Source: Cenococcum geophilum
Lineage: Eukaryota
Direction of reading: 5' to 3'
NCBI GenBank assembly: GCA_050273025.1
Contig: CP158636.1
Location: 1,860,001-1,924,000 of the forward strand
DNA: 64,000 nt
Numbering within the stretch: position 1 is the first letter of the stretch; every line of letters starts with the position of its first letter. Positions 1 to 12,180 of this stretch are shown here, piece after piece. The position numbers were made by a program, and so were the translations under genes. The notes under the pieces are model-generated. The model saw only the letters and a program-made list of their open reading frames with translations. It made no database searches and was not told where the DNA came from.

Positions 1-1067
1 AGCGTCTTGTTATTCTACTTAACTTATATAGCTAGCGTCTAGAACTGCGTTATATACTTAATTACTAAGGTTCGCTACGTAATATATTAGAGTTTTCTTT
101 TTACTACAATTACCGCCTCTAGGTCTCTAAATATTTGTATAAGTCACTCTATAAACCCTTCCTAGCTTAAAAATATAAATTGTACCTTTTAATTAGTAGT
201 TATTATTCCGTTTACCTATATTTCTATAAGGTAAGGCTTAAACCACTTAAGTGCCCTTCCTAATAGGAATAGTCCCGCATATGCTATTTAATCCATAGAT
301 ATTAGTAGCTTTACCCCTTCTTATATAACTTTAAAGTACATTTATATAAGGAATCCTTTAAGCTTTAGTCTCTTTTCTAAGAACCTCTTAATTAATAGTA
401 ACTTAATCCTTACTACTTTAATCCTATTAACCCTTTCTTCTAGCGCCGCATTGTTTATTATTAACTAGTTAACTATCTCTTATAATTATTTAACCGTTAT
501 AGGTTGCTATAAGTTAGTATCTGTTATACTAGTATTACCTTTTAACCTTAAAGTAGTTGCCGCCGTTAATGGCGTTATAGTGGCTGCTTTTAGTAGTATA
601 TTATTTAACTTTCTATATTTAATACCGTAACTAGGTAGTAATTATATAATAGAACCTTATAGTAAGTACTACGGTAGGCTTATTATTGGGCTAAGTATAT
701 AGGTAATGCAAATTAAAGTTAATAACGTAATAATAACTAATAGAGTAGTTGCCTAATAGATTAACTCTAATTATATTTTAAGAATTATTATAAGGAAGGA
801 ACTATCTAGGTAGGGACTAAGGGTCCTTAAATATACAACCGTACTCCTATAAAATCCTCCTTATATATAATATATGTGTTATACGTATTATACGTACGTT
901 CCCCTTATATACTGCGTACACTACGTACAACGTTATGTAACCTTAGTTACCATTCCTCGTTACATAGCTCTATCGGCTCCATTCTGGACCGTGCTTGTAT
1001 TAACCAACTAGCTTCTTCTAACTTCTCTCCAAGTAGTCGTAATATTGTACTTAAAGCGTCTGTAATA
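1..1067 (-). mobile_element. Ty3/gypsy LTR retrotransposon, 5' LTR (~645-1067) plus start of RIP-mutated gag; runs off the left end
   Basis: Reverse complement matches the LTR and gag start of the element at 44624-51685 (LTR start tgttacggacgctttaag corresponds to ttaaagcgtctgtaata ending at 1067; gag atgccactaaaagcagcc corresponds to ~580-600). Confidence 0.9.
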
Positions 1068-1411
1068 ATAAAGACGCATAACTATATAGAAATATTAGCA
1101 TTTTATATTAAATAATTTTGTTTTAACGTTATATAGCTTTTGTTAGTAGTAGGAACCATTTTAAATATAATAATATCCCTTCCTATAGCAGGAAGACTAG
1201 GACTAACTCCTATATATTCGTTTTTATTAAAAAGACCTTTTAAATTTGGGAGTTAATGCACAAATTAATTTACTTAAGCCGGACCAAATAATAAGAATAG
1301 CTCCTTGGCGAATTGTTAAGCGTTCTTCCTTAATTATTTCTTTAATCTGTGTTAGGGTTATTAGGTAGCTACTAAAGGGATTATATTTTATTCTATGTTG
1401 CTCTATATAGT

Positions 1412-1824
1412 TAGTAGTCCTAATGATATTTATATCTATCGCTTCTTAACGATATATTCATTCATAAGCAATGATAACGAATGGATTTTTTAAGATCCTT
1501 ATGAATATATATAGGAAAGTTAAAGCCTCGTAGTGTAGTAAAAGGATGCTGAGGCGTATACGTAGTATCAATTGTACGCTCTACATTCTGGTATATATGC
1601 AAGAGTAAAAATTTTAATACTTGCCCGCAATAGGGGGGGGGGGTTAAGGGCCTCTAGGAAGCCGTCGACCTTGACAAATAACTACAACACCATGCCAAGA
1701 CTGGTTATGTAGCTTATATTAGCCGTATCGCGAATATCCATTTATATTGCGGTATTTTAGCTCCCTTAATGATAACGATTGATATTTAGTCAAAATATCA
1801 ATTCATTTATCACTGGGACCACTG
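1412..1824. mobile_element. Putative MITE with ~17-bp TIRs (CAGTGGTCCCAGTGATA), Tc1/mariner-like ends
   Basis: tagtagtcctaatgata (1412-1428) is a RIP-type version of the reverse complement of tatcactgggaccactg (1808-1824). The right end is followed by TA; the left TSD is unclear. Confidence 0.45.
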
Positions 1825-2282
1825 TATATAGTATACAAAATTTAGTAAAATACTACGCCTAATAATGCCGCCTTGCTTAGATATGCCTATATTTATATAT
1901 TAGACTGCAAGAATAAGACTAGGATAAGAGAAGTTTAAAATTTGAATGCTACGGGTTAAGTTAGTTCCCCGTTTAACAACGTCAGTATACTTTACACCGT
2001 TATAGTACTCTTGCCAAGTTTAGTAAGCAAAATATACTATAAGCAATTACTACGGAGAAACTAAGAAAGTTTGGGTTACTATACAAAATCCATCCCACCA
2101 ACTGGAGTTCTGAGTATTCGGTTTTAAAATATCGTTACAGCAATACATTCCATGCGCCTTTGTAATGAGTGTGTGCTTAAAGTTAGTGTAACTAATTTTA
2201 TGCGGACTGTATGGAAGCTATAGTGGGAGGATGTGGCCCGTATTAGTTAATAGCTTATTAGGAAACACTTATTATAATAGCT

Positions 2283-2410
2283 ACTTTAACACAATAGATT
2301 CTCCTGTTTGAATTTCTTCCACTACCGCTTCGCCCGTTATGAAGTTGAGCGTCCCAAGAGCATCTCGCTTGCCGTCCTTGTCGAAAACGCCCCATCCTGA
2401 GCCGGCTGGA
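2283..2410 (-). pseudogene. Fragment resembling the N-terminus of fungal putative cyclase (kynurenine formamidase-like) proteins
   Basis: Manual minus-strand translation PAGSGWGVFDKDGKRDALGTLNFITGEAVVEEIQTGESIVLK resembles the WG..D..GTLN.LT...EI.TG motif; the rest of the gene is not seen. Confidence 0.5.
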
Positions 2411-3474
2411 GCATCAAGTCTGATGAGAAGGTCACAATACCTATGTCGTGGTGCTCGTCGATCCTACAGCCCTTGATCCTTTCGAGTTCGCCGCTGCCTC
2501 TTCGTACGGTCAGCCAGGGAACTGCATTATGGCAACGGCTCCTAGAGTTATCGACTATCGCGCGGTCTCCACCACGGGAACCCGCATAGTAGACATAGTC
2601 AGGGATGGAGACTGTGGAGAGATGAATCCGTGCTGTTATGACTGTGATGATAACTGGTATTGCCGAATGGTTTCACCACTTAAGCGATGGAGGCGTGGAG
2701 GGATAGATCCAAAATATAGGATATCTAGGATTCTGACTCTAGGGGAGGCTCATACCGGAGCGAGTGGTGGCGATGGTGCAGCTGAAGAGTCATCGGGTGA
2801 ATGTAACCTACTAAACCTGCAATTTTTACGCGTGTATGTAGAAAAGGCGTGTTACGTTAAGCTGTGGTAAATAGGTGCAGATTATGTAGGTAAGGCCATG
2901 GTTCTTGCAAAGCTTAGCTAGCAGGGAAGATTGCTATTAAGGCTAGCAAATTGGCAATATCTTAGAGGTTTGGCGAAGATTAGCTTAATATACCTTATTC
3001 CGTTAATAGGCAAAAAATTAACTTGTTTTAGGTATTTAAAGAATAGGAAAGTGTCTTATAGTGGGAGCGGCGGGAGAGTTAAAGGATGTAGGGTGAGTGC
3101 GATTTCCCATGGCCGAAGGACAACCAATCGCACCTTACATTGCGTTAATATTTGGATATGACAGACTAGATACAAAATAAGCAGAGCTGGTAACGTCCTC
3201 CTCTTGTATTGTTAAGGAACGAGCGACAGCGTCGTTATTTATTATAACATTATATATGCCGCGGACACCAGAAAATCAGGTACTAGATGGCAGGAGAGGG
3301 AGAAAGTCCATGTAAAACGAATGATGATTAGCGCATGCTAAGAAGGGCAATTTAATGAAGGGCATTAGGCGTGAGAAACTAGATCAACGAAAGTATACTA
3401 ATCCGAAAATACCTATGAGTGCCGACTCGATAGTGGCCAGACTGACCGAACCTGGAGAATTAAGGAAGAACTGA

Positions 3475-4332
3475 TTACGGAGGCGGTTTTGGTTCCGGTC
3501 TTGCCCTGATGGTGTCGTCCAAGATGGTCGTGTGGAGGTATCTTGATGTTCCGAACGGTCCGCGAGGCTCTCCATATCCTTTGAATTGGCGAAAGAGCTC
3601 GAAGCAGTGTCTAAAAAAGGGCGATCCTTTCAAACTCGTGCCTTGGGAACAATGAGAAGCAATGTCGGCAAGCCTGTCGGATATGAAACCCAACAACGCC
3701 ATCCTTCCCTGAGTCCTTTTGAACCATGTCTCTTCCTTACTCGGAGAGATGTCCCAAATGAAAGTTGGCGCTAGGAAAGTAACGGAATAGTCGAAGAATA
3801 TCGGTACAACACTCCACGAGAAGGGGTGCTCAAGCACCACGTCATGCGCTGGAGCGCCCATGTCCGCGTTATTCTCACCAATAACGCCGTTAGCCAATTT
3901 AGTAGCCTGGTTAGGCCGGCAACCGAAGATGCATTTCCCTTCGGTGCGACCGTTAGCAAACATCCTAGAATCGTCATAGTAAGGAGTAATATGGGTTTAT
4001 TCATACCCCCCTAGAAGTCTTTGTTAAGAGCTGGGTCAAGCGTTCCCTAGCTCTGAGGAAGAATCGTAATCTTCTGCCGACCTTTATAAGGTCTACGCTG
4101 ATAGGAAAGGGAGGGTGGCGTGGGGATGTTGGATAGAAAAGCGGTTGGCTTGTTTACGTAGACTGTGGTGTAACTTGCAAAACAAGGGAGAGGCCCCGCG
4201 GCTAGGGTATGTTTGGAGAACGATAGGCGACGAAGAATTGGTACCGGTGGGAGGGAAGAAATGAGTATACTGCGAAGACGGTGTGTATTCTGGCATGGGC
4301 GTGGAAGCACAGGTCTTATAACTTCGAGGCAA
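3475..4332 (-). pseudogene. Hypothetical gene relic interrupted by several in-frame stops
   Basis: ORFs 4093-4332 and 3475-3963 are in the same frame and are separated by TAG/TAA/TGA stops that are explicable as C>T changes. Composition is balanced; no recognised domain. Confidence 0.4.
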
Positions 4333-4568
4333 TGTTGACCGGGAGGATGTTGACCGGAAGGCGGTCGATTAAAAATGGGGGTGAGGTCAGCGTGACTCGT
4401 ATTGATGAGTGGCGTAGGATTGTGGGGCGCCAGTCACCATGTAATAGGGCAACGCAGCAACCACAAGCCGGTGAAAAAGGAACAGCGTGTCAGCAAGGAA
4501 GATTTCAGCCTTCTTCAAGATGCCCCGTAGACTTTTAATCCGGGATAGCTTGCGGCACGTCCTCAGTA

Positions 4569-5603
4569 ATGGCATCCACGTTGGAGTTCGACAGGGTTCC
4601 GGAAGGCTACCCTTAGCTAGCTGCGTTAATGGGCAAAGAGGAAGAATACGTGATATTTCGAAGGTTCTCAAGCTTTAATGCGAGAAACGTTCTGTATCTG
4701 CAAGGTGAATTAATAGCATTAGAGGAACGGTTAGAAACAATCGATGGTAATCTCCAGAAAGCCGGCGAACGAGATGCTCTTAAGTCGAGGGACAGTTTCT
4801 ATAGAGACAGCGAGAGAAAACAGTTAGTTTTGGAGATTAGGAGACTGTTAGCAGACTATAGTAAGTAAAAGAAAGCGGGAATACCGGTTAGTAATACAGA
4901 AGAGTGCTCACTAAGTCCAGACTCTGCAGTCCTGCAGTGGTCGCAGATCCAGGACGTACCTCCACTAGCCGCCAGACATGTACAAGGTTTTAAACGTTGG
5001 ATGAGGCATGCCAATTCTATTGTCGACAATTCGATGAATTATACAGAGAAGAAAAAGCCGAGCGGAGAAGTGGGGGTGCTAGGAGGGACACAGGGAGGGG
5101 GAGTTCTAGACCTCCTATCGTTGAATAAGGAAGCTGATAGCTGGATCGGGAGATTCTTGCGCCATTCGTGGCTAAAATTCTTTTTTATTGTGAGGAACCA
5201 GCGTGGAGCAGAGAATGCGAAATTATCTAACTGACCATGAATAGCGGGACATGCTCTACCTTAATGACCGTATAGAGGCGTTCATCTTCTATAATTCTAT
5301 GGCAATCGATACTATTGTTACGGGAACAGCGGTACTGTGTGCTATTCTCCTAACGGTTATGGGAACTGTGGCGCTGAATGCGGAATCCTAGGAAGACAAT
5401 GCACTTCGCTTGGGGTTGATTGGCCTGTTCACTACGATTATTGCAGCGGTACTGGCCTTGGCTGGTGCTAAGAAGTCGGAAATCCTTATAGGTATAATAG
5501 GGTAAGATATTCTGTTGATGATATAAGCGTCCTTATAGTAACTCTCGCTAGGTACGTAGCGGTAATGGTGGTATTCGTCTCTAGCGACACTGGCAAGCAG
5601 TAG
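4569..5603 (+). pseudogene. DUF6594-like fungal membrane protein, pseudogenised, about 3 introns
   Basis: ATG 4569 gives MASTLEFDRVPEGYP*LAALM...IFRRFSSFNARNVLYLQGELIALEERL, with a premature TAG at 4614. GT..AG introns at ~4862-4920, ~5189-5244 and ~5502-5551; hydrophobic C-terminus ending Y.AVMVVFVS; a further TAG near 5388. Confidence 0.75.
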
Positions 5604-5887
5604 ACGGGCAAAGGGTACAGGCAGCATGCGGCGAGTACGGTGGCTCAGTGAAGCAGCCAGATTTGACGAGTAAAACTCGGAAGCAGGGAAGGTGGCGGTG
5701 CTCCGAAGGCTCTCTACAGTTTGCCAGCACTAACAGGGACGGCGGCCGACCCGCTCCTTCCACACCCTTGTGAGAGGCTCTTTTCTGCGGCTGTCTTATA
5801 GAGAGAGCAGTGAGAATAACTGTAATTGGCGTTTGGGCCATCTTCTCAGTTGTGGCATGGTGGCGGTGCTACCGTATTAAGGCTATC

Positions 5888-6819
5888 TTATTACGTGCTC
5901 TCTCCCATCTCGTGAAACTCGAGCGCATTCAATATTCCGTCGGTAATACGGGTCAGCTCTACTGTTGACGCAGTGTCGTAGTCTTGAAATGCCGATGAGC
6001 CCATAGCCCGATTGCCTCGGAGCGTCCTTGCCATGAAACTTTGACCAGAGTTCACTGACTCCTTGAGAAGGTTCTGAGAAGATTGAGGACATGTAATGGT
6101 CCTCGACTGCCCTTCTTGACTTGTCAGAACCGCCGCGATGGTCTCTGCATGCCTTTTTCCTGCGGCTTCCCGATGTATATGGACCAACTGGGTGTAGTGG
6201 TGATGCCCCGCTTCTAGTTTCAGACGCAGAGTATTGCATTGCACTGACGGCACTTCCACAATGTCCTGGTTGCCTTGTTTAAGCTGATCAAGTTTTTGGT
6301 TTTGTACACGCTGATGAGTGTTGAGTATAACCAGCAAACGAAGCGAAATTTCCTCGCGGTAGCGGCTAAGGCAAAGGCGTTCGGAACTCCAGACTAGCTT
6401 CAGCGCAGCGTACATGCTCCTTAGCCGGGGTTTGGGTTTGCCAGGCGTGTCAGACATAGGACGGACAGTGACTTGTTGTATACCCTGTAAAAGAGCTTGT
6501 GCAACCTTGTCGCACTCATTTGCAAGGTCCACCAAAGTCTATAAAGTCAGCATAGGGTATAAGATGGTTGGATAACCTCACTAACCTGCCCCTCTGGCGT
6601 CAACGCTGAATTTTGACTCGTGGAATTATCCAGTTGTTGCTTCAGACGACAACAGCTTTTTAAGATCCTCTGTAACAAGAGACATACAGTATGTCTGACA
6701 TCTATCGAAGTGCCCGACTTGAAGATCTGACTTCCTTCGTGAACGACTTTGGTCGAAAAGTCAACAAGTTGGCAGATAGCAGCCGCAAGGCTAAGAGCAG
6801 TTAAAGGGAGAGGATCCAT
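5888..6819 (-). pseudogene. N-terminal (HeLo-like/SesA-type) domain of a fungal NLR/STAND protein, truncated before the NACHT domain
   Basis: MDPLPLTALSLAAAICQLVDFSTKVV start, intron at ~6535-6583, and the ILNALEF.EM..  motif that normally precedes NACHT. The frame then stops and no P-loop is seen. Confidence 0.7.
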
Positions 6820-7232
6820 GCTCTTGCACGGCTGCAGTAGCTGTCTTTTGTAACGCTCACTAATCTGCTAGTCGCAGAGAGGTGGAACATGGCAGGCGGT
6901 TGTATGTAGAAGTCACTATATGAGATATAGTCGTTTGCAAAAGATCGTTTAATCGCGCCAAGCTTGCTAACAGCGGGCATCGCAACGATCAAAATAATAC
7001 ACCCCCTATGGCCCTACCAATATAGCTTTATAATTTATGAATAGAGGCCTATTTTATAGCTCTATCCTAGGGCTACAAAATAAGCCCTTATTTAGATAAA
7101 TTGGACTGATATTAGTAGAATTATATGGGGCACTTTGTAACAGCTGTAAAACTTAAATTAAGGCTCTACGCTGACTAGAAGAGGCCGCTAGGCAATGCAC
7201 GCTTACAAAGCAATGCACGGTAACGTATTCTA

Positions 7233-7312
7233 TTATCTCGGTCCCAGACGATCAGCCAATCATAAGCTGCTTACATAACAGATTAATTATCTTATGTTGT
7301 TGTCGTCCGGTA
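7233..7312 (+). mobile_element. Isolated first 80 bp of a 'Y' terminus, interrupted by copy 1 of the array
   Basis: ttatctcggtcccagacgatcagccaatc...gtcgtccggta matches 19738-19817 and the reverse complement of ~53613-53692, but stops exactly after the 8-bp motif gtccggta (7305-7312). Confidence 0.85.
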
Positions 7313-7744
7313 TTGTCTCGTTCCCAGACCTTCTTGCCAAGGCTTACCTTGCCAAGACGCTAACCGCTTTTGGCAAGACCTTTGTTAGAAGGTCTGGTAC
7401 ACGGTTCGGATTTTTATTAGTCCCGCGCGGGGTATTTAGGCCTATATACACCTACTTTAAGCTAAATTATCTTAACTTCTATAGCTCCCCAAGCTATTCC
7501 TAATGGCTAGAATTACTAAATTAAACCTGGCGAAGAAGACTACGTTGCCCGATTTGCCCGATTCTAATTAGTTGTCTTATTATCGCGCCCGACGCCCTAG
7601 AGTCGTAGCGACTGCACCTATCCCATAACTACCGCCGCCCTCTTTTTACCGCAGCTAGAGTACCTAAATTAATAAGCCAGCTTTAAACAATACTTAAGGA
7701 CTGCTAGTAGGTATAGATTTGCCTTGCAGAAGGGGGTAAGCTTT

Positions 7745-8312
7745 ACGTAGAGCTTTAGTAGAGCTTTGTGCAGAGCTTCGTGCAGAGCTTTGTGTAAAGC
7801 CTTGTGTAGAGCCTCGTGCAGAGCCTTGAGCAAAGCTTCGCGCAGAGCTTTGTGTAGAGCTTTGAGCAGAGCTTTGAGCAGAGCTTTGAGTAGAGCCTTG
7901 AGCAGAGCTTCGCGCAGAGCTTTATATAAAGCTTTGAGTAGAGCCTCGTGTAGAGCTTCGTGCAGAGCCTTATGTAGAGCTTCGAGCAGAGCTTCGAGCA
8001 GAGCTTTAAGCAGAGCCTTAAGCAGAGCTTCGCGTAGAGCTTTGTATAGAGCTTTGAGCAAAGCTTTGAGCAGAGCCTTGAGTAGAGCTTCGCGCAGAGC
8101 TTTATGTAGAGCTTTGAGCAGAGCCTCGTGTAGAGCTTCGTGCAGAGCCTTATGCAGAGCTTTAAGTAGAGCCTTGTATAGAGCTTTAAGCAGAGCGTTA
8201 TGCAGAGCTTTAAGTAGAGCCTTATATAGAGCTTTAAGCAGAGCTTTATACAGAGCCTTGTATAGAACTTTATATAGAGCCTTATATAGAGCTTTATATA
8301 AAGCTTTATATA
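7745..8312. repeat. 12-bp minisatellite (AGAGCTTYGWGC), X-side subterminal array
   Basis: Tandem agagctttgagc / agagcttcgtgc / agagccttgtgt units; source of the RASC/ALLK repeat ORFs. Confidence 0.95.
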
Positions 8313-8724
8313 AATATATAGGCGTATAGATATATATTTTTATACTAGTAATTAATTATAGAATTTATAGAAATAATTATATAGGAAATTATATAGATAT
8401 TTATTTATTTATTTATTTATAGTAAGGCTAATAATACTATACGGCTCCTAGATCTAGGGCCTAGGACTAGGTAGTAAAGTATTAATAAAAAGCTCCCTAG
8501 CGCTACTAGCTAAACTATAAAACTAGTACCTATATAGAACTATAGGGGCCTATAGGAGAATATTACGCGCTATACTAAAATATAAAGTAGTAGTTTTACT
8601 AGTAGACTTATATGTTAATATAACTACTATATAGAGAATAGTTAGAGTATAAGGCCACTTAGTAAAGGAAAATATATACTAAATACTAAAACGTATATAA
8701 GGAATAAGATATATATAAGGAGCG

Positions 8725-9260
8725 TGTGACGGCCAAACCACCAGCCAAAAGGATAGTGCACGAAGAAGATCAAGATCGACTTCGTAGCTTGTGGTTCAAC
8801 ATATATGTACCTGAATGGGCGTCCAAGGTCACGTGACGTCACAACCGTCACATCACCCCCGCCTCAAGACAGGCTTACGTCCTCGTAAGCCACCCCCGCC
8901 CAGGGCCCTCGCGACCGACGCGCAGCACAGCCCCCTATCCACTAAGGGCTCACCTCAGTCTGCTATATATGCCGATCCTCCGACGCGCAGGGGCCACCCC
9001 ACGTGTGCATTTGTGTGGTAGTTGATACACTGCTCGGTCCTAGGACCATGAGGTGGGGTATTATAAGCGCCCCGGGAATCGAACCCAAAGCTACCCCACG
9101 ACCAACGTGGTATACGATTGATCTTAATCTTATGTGACGGCCAAACCACCAGCCAAAAGGATAGTGCACGAAGAAGATCAAGATCGACTTCGTAGCTTGT
9201 GGTTCAACATATATGTACCTGAATGGGCGTCCAAGGTCACGTGACGTCACAACCGTCACA
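8725..9260 (-). mobile_element. TRIM (536-bp miniature LTR retrotransposon), not RIP-mutated
   Basis: Identical 128-bp LTRs at 8725-8852 and 9133-9260 with TGTGACGG...CCGTCACA ends; 5-bp TSD GAGCG (8720-8724, 9261-9265); minus-strand PPT gaggcgggggtga next to 8852; empty site in the mirror arm at 30293-30297. Confidence 0.97.
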
Positions 9261-11410
9261 GAGCGAGGGCCCCTTAAAAAGGCAATACGCCTAAGTATAC
9301 TAGGTAGGAAGCCCTCTACCTATAGGTAATAGAGAGAAAAAAATATATAGAAACTGCTAGCTTACTAAGTAGAGACCTAGTACTGTACTAATAGAGTACT
9401 ACTATAGTAATAGAGGATAAGAGGCTATTAGTATAGATAGAGATCTACTATACTTATCGTAAGATAGGTAAACCTTAAATAGAAGCGATAATAGAAGGGG
9501 GTAGTAAAAATATAAGATATAGCTATATAGAATACCCTATAGTTAATACTAATACTCTCCCTATATAAAGGACTAATAAAGGTAAAATCTACAGCCGCCT
9601 TCCTACTATAGATAGAGATTTTAAGCCTAAATATATAGCTAATAAGTATCTATATTTTAAATACTATACCTTAATATACTTATAGATAGCCTATTTAGTT
9701 AGTATACTATATACTACTTTTCTATAGCTACTGCTTAGTAAGGTACTAGCTATTTATAAATATAGGTATAAATAATATTACCTATACTCTCTATAAGTAG
9801 GAGCCTATAAATATTATTAAAATAGCTTATAGGTTAAGGAGTTCTTTAGTAATTTTAAATAGTATATAAGATCTAATAGGAGAACACTAAAGGATATGCC
9901 CCCTTTTAGCTCCTTAGAGACTAAATACCACCGCCTAGCTATAGGTAGTACGCTAGTAAATTACTAGATACTTCTACTACCTCCCCTAGATCTTCTAATA
10001 TACCTAAAAAGTATAGTATATAAGGTAGACCTAAAGATATATAAATATATTAGTTTAGTAAAGATAAAACGTATAGAACTAGCTAAAAGGAAATACTTAG
10101 GGTTTTCCCCTTATAGGGCCTTTTTCTATATAGAAAGGTAAAAGCCTTTAAAGACCTAAATAGGGACTAAATTAGGCAATTAATATAATTAATATAAATA
10201 TTTATAAAGAGATTTAAAACTTTATATTAAGCTTTAGGCTTAAGTATATAATTATTATATTAATTCTATTTATTGCCCAATTTAGTTCCTTTTTAAATCT
10301 ATATAGGAAAAGGCCCTATAAGGGGAAAAACCTAAGTATTTCCTTTTAGCTAGTTCTATACGTTTTACCTTTACTAAACTAATATATTTTTATATCTTTA
10401 TATCTACCTTATATACTATACTTTCTAAGTATATTAAAAGATCTAAGGGGGGGGTAGTAAAAGTATCTAGTAATTCGCTAGCGTACTACCTATAGCTAGG
10501 TAGGGGTATTTAGTCTTTAAGGGGCTAAAAAAGGGCGTATCCTTTAGTATCCTCCTATTAGATCTTATATACTATTTAGAACTACTAAAGAACTTTTTAG
10601 CCTATAAGCTATTTTACTATTACTTATAGGCCTCTACTTATAGAGAGTATCTAAGTAATATTATTTATACCTATATTTATAAATAGCTAGTACCTTACTA
10701 AGTAGTAGCTATAGAAAAGTAGTATATAGTATATTATTATTATTAATTCTATTTATTACCTAATTTAGTTTATTTTTAGGTCTATATAGGCTTCTACCTT
10801 TTAATATAGGAAAAGCCCTATAAGGGAGAAAACCTAAGTATTTCCTTTTAGCTAGTATATCTTTATATCTTTTAGTCTACCTTATATACTATACTTTTTA
10901 GGTATATTAAAAGATCTAACGTTAGAAAAATGGGGGGTAGTGTACGAAATTTAGTTTTGCTAAAAGTGTTTTTGGGGCCTAGGGCTAGCTCTCTACTATA
11001 TTAGCTAACCCCCTAAAGCTCTACGCTAGCTTTCCGCCATATTAGCTAACCCCCTAGCGCTTTACGCTAGCTTTCTGCTATATTAACTAGGCCCTAGACC
11101 TATACACTAGTATTATACTAACTTATAGCTATAAAATAAACATTATTACTATTATTGCGTTTATTACTATTAGGGTATTAAAATCCTAAAGGCTTCCTAG
11201 CGGGCTCCTAGTAGGCTTCCTAGTAGGCTCCTAGTAGGACTTTAATTTTCCTAGTTATCTTAATCGTCCTAATAGCGGCCTATAGTGCTATTAGGTCCCC
11301 ACTATATTCTTAATAGCCTCTACGTGTCTTTATATACCCCTTATATACCTAAATACTACTTATTTTTTACCCTTCCTTCTATCCTCTCTACCTAGGGAGG
11401 TACTACAACG

Positions 11411-11875
11411 GCAGCTAGTAGATAACTGTGGCTAGAACTAGACGACTGTCGCTAGAACTAGATAACTATTATTAGGACAACTGTTATTAGGACTAGACGA
11501 CCGTTGTTAGGACTAGATAACCGTTATTAGGACTAAACAACTATTATTAGGACTAGACAACCGTCGCTAAAACTAGATAACTGTCGCTAAAACTAGACGA
11601 CCATTATTAAAACGACCGTTATTAGGACTAGATAACCGTCGCTAGAACTAGATAATCGTCGCTAGAATTAGACGACCGTTGCTAGAACTAGACGACCGTT
11701 ACTAGAACTAAATAATCATTACTAGAACTAGACGACCGTTACTAGAACTAGATAACCGTTATTAAAACTAGACAACCGTTATTAGAACTAGACAACTATT
11801 ATTAAAACTAGATAATCGTTATTAGGACTAAATAACTGTTATTAGGACTAAACAACCGTCGCCAGAACTAGACAA
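11411..11875. repeat. 20-bp minisatellite (GAACTAGACGACCGTYGCTA); mirrored at ~27683-28147
   Basis: About 22 visible tandem degenerate units. Confidence 0.9.
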
Positions 11876-12002
11876 CAATTGTTTAAATAATTAGTTAGCA
11901 ATACTATAAACAACTTAATTAATTAATCAAATCAAACTAGAGCTTTAATATTAGCCCACTACTAAATTAAATTAAATTAGATACTATAGATAGATATAAA
12001 CA

Positions 12003-12180
12003 GTAGGTATAGATAGGTAGGCATATATAGGTAGATATAGATAGGTATAGGTAGGCAGGTAGGTAAATAGGTAGGTAGGTAGGCAGGTAGGTAGGCAGGC
12101 AGGTAGGTAGGTAAGTAGGTAGGTAGGTAAATAGGTAGGTAGGCAAGTAGGTAAGTAGGCAGGCAGATAGGTAGGCGGGT
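12003..12180. repeat. (GGTA/GGCA)n microsatellite; mirrored at ~27378-27555
   Basis: Direct inspection. Confidence 0.9.

Noticed and set aside
2448..2870. 140-aa plus-strand ORF
   Set aside because: GTG start, no recognisable motif, and the only recognisable coding signal nearby is on the opposite strand.
7395..7430. Hammerhead ribozyme (Penelope-like) in the termini: minus-strand ctaataa could be RIPed CTGATGA
   Set aside because: No stem II and no GAAA core at the right spacing; no Penelope-type RT seen.
9045..9110. tRNA gene
   Set aside because: Only a T-arm motif; no acceptor, D or anticodon arms could be built.
11411..11875. CRISPR-like array
   Set aside because: Contiguous 20-bp tandem units with no unique spacers; eukaryotic context and no cas genes.
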